Part shown: positions 63,988 to 64,000 of the stretch, one piece after another
Numbering within the stretch: position 1 is the first letter of the stretch
Layout of the letters: every line of letters begins with the position of its first letter
Source of the DNA: a virus
Direction: 5' to 3' (one strand)
UHGV virus genome: UHGV-1421865
Length of the DNA: 64,000 bases
Position numbers and translations under genes: made by a program
Notes under the pieces: model-generated
What the model saw: the letters and a program-made list of their open reading frames with translations, nothing else
Told to the model about the DNA's origin: nothing
Databases searched by the model: none

Positions 63988-64000
63988 TTGTTCAGATCAT

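Noticed and set aside
1-64000. tRNA or rRNA genes and CRISPR arrays
   Set aside because: I scanned intergenic stretches for T-loop-like GTTCGAATC/GGTTCGATTCC and cloverleaf-sized inverted repeats and for regularly spaced direct repeats. None were found. The only GGTTCAA-containing repeats (about 44500, 45170, 45590) belong to the small-membrane-protein cassette.

Overview
The window reads as part of a large double-stranded DNA phage genome with about 38% GC. Most genes are short, tightly packed and often have overlapping start and stop codons, mostly on the minus strand.

The replication and nucleotide-metabolism core resembles T4-like phages:
- a family B DNA polymerase fragment (N-terminal and exonuclease domains plus motif A only)
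- a gp32-like single-strand DNA-binding protein
- a T4 RNase H-like 5'-3' exonuclease
- a DnaQ-like 3'-5' exonuclease
- type II topoisomerase large and medium subunits
- dihydrofolate reductase and a thymidylate synthase family enzyme
- a T4-type lysozyme
- an NAD-dependent DNA ligase encoded in two pieces

Other recognisable genes are a CHAP peptidase, an OmpA-like outer membrane protein, a RuvC-like resolvase, a radical SAM protein, a metallophosphoesterase and a low-GC insert carrying an ASCH-like protein and a C5 cytosine methyltransferase. Signal peptides ending in ASAQ and four copies of a TAnnTTTG motif suggest a Bacteroidetes-type host.

The dominant feature is a family of about 28 DUF285-repeat genes, roughly a quarter of the window. 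Each has a conserved N-terminal module of about 55 residues followed by a variable number of 22-23 residue repeats of the form FN.DLS.WDVSNVT.M..MF..C. They sit in tandem arrays and include identical segments, pseudogenised copies, and a perfect 214 bp inverted repeat that flanks a 5.1 kb segment.

The second notable feature is a family of eight intergenic elements of about 150 nt. Each has a conserved nested hairpin with compensatory changes between copies, and in one copy the central part is inverted relative to its flanks. Several sit next to hairpin terminators that share an AAGACGATC core.

Further items: a split polymerase, a tandem family of small two-helix membrane proteins each with a conserved upstream cassette, non-coding regions rich in short repeats and palindromes, and recurrent candidate promoter motifs. 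I found no tRNA, rRNA or CRISPR array.
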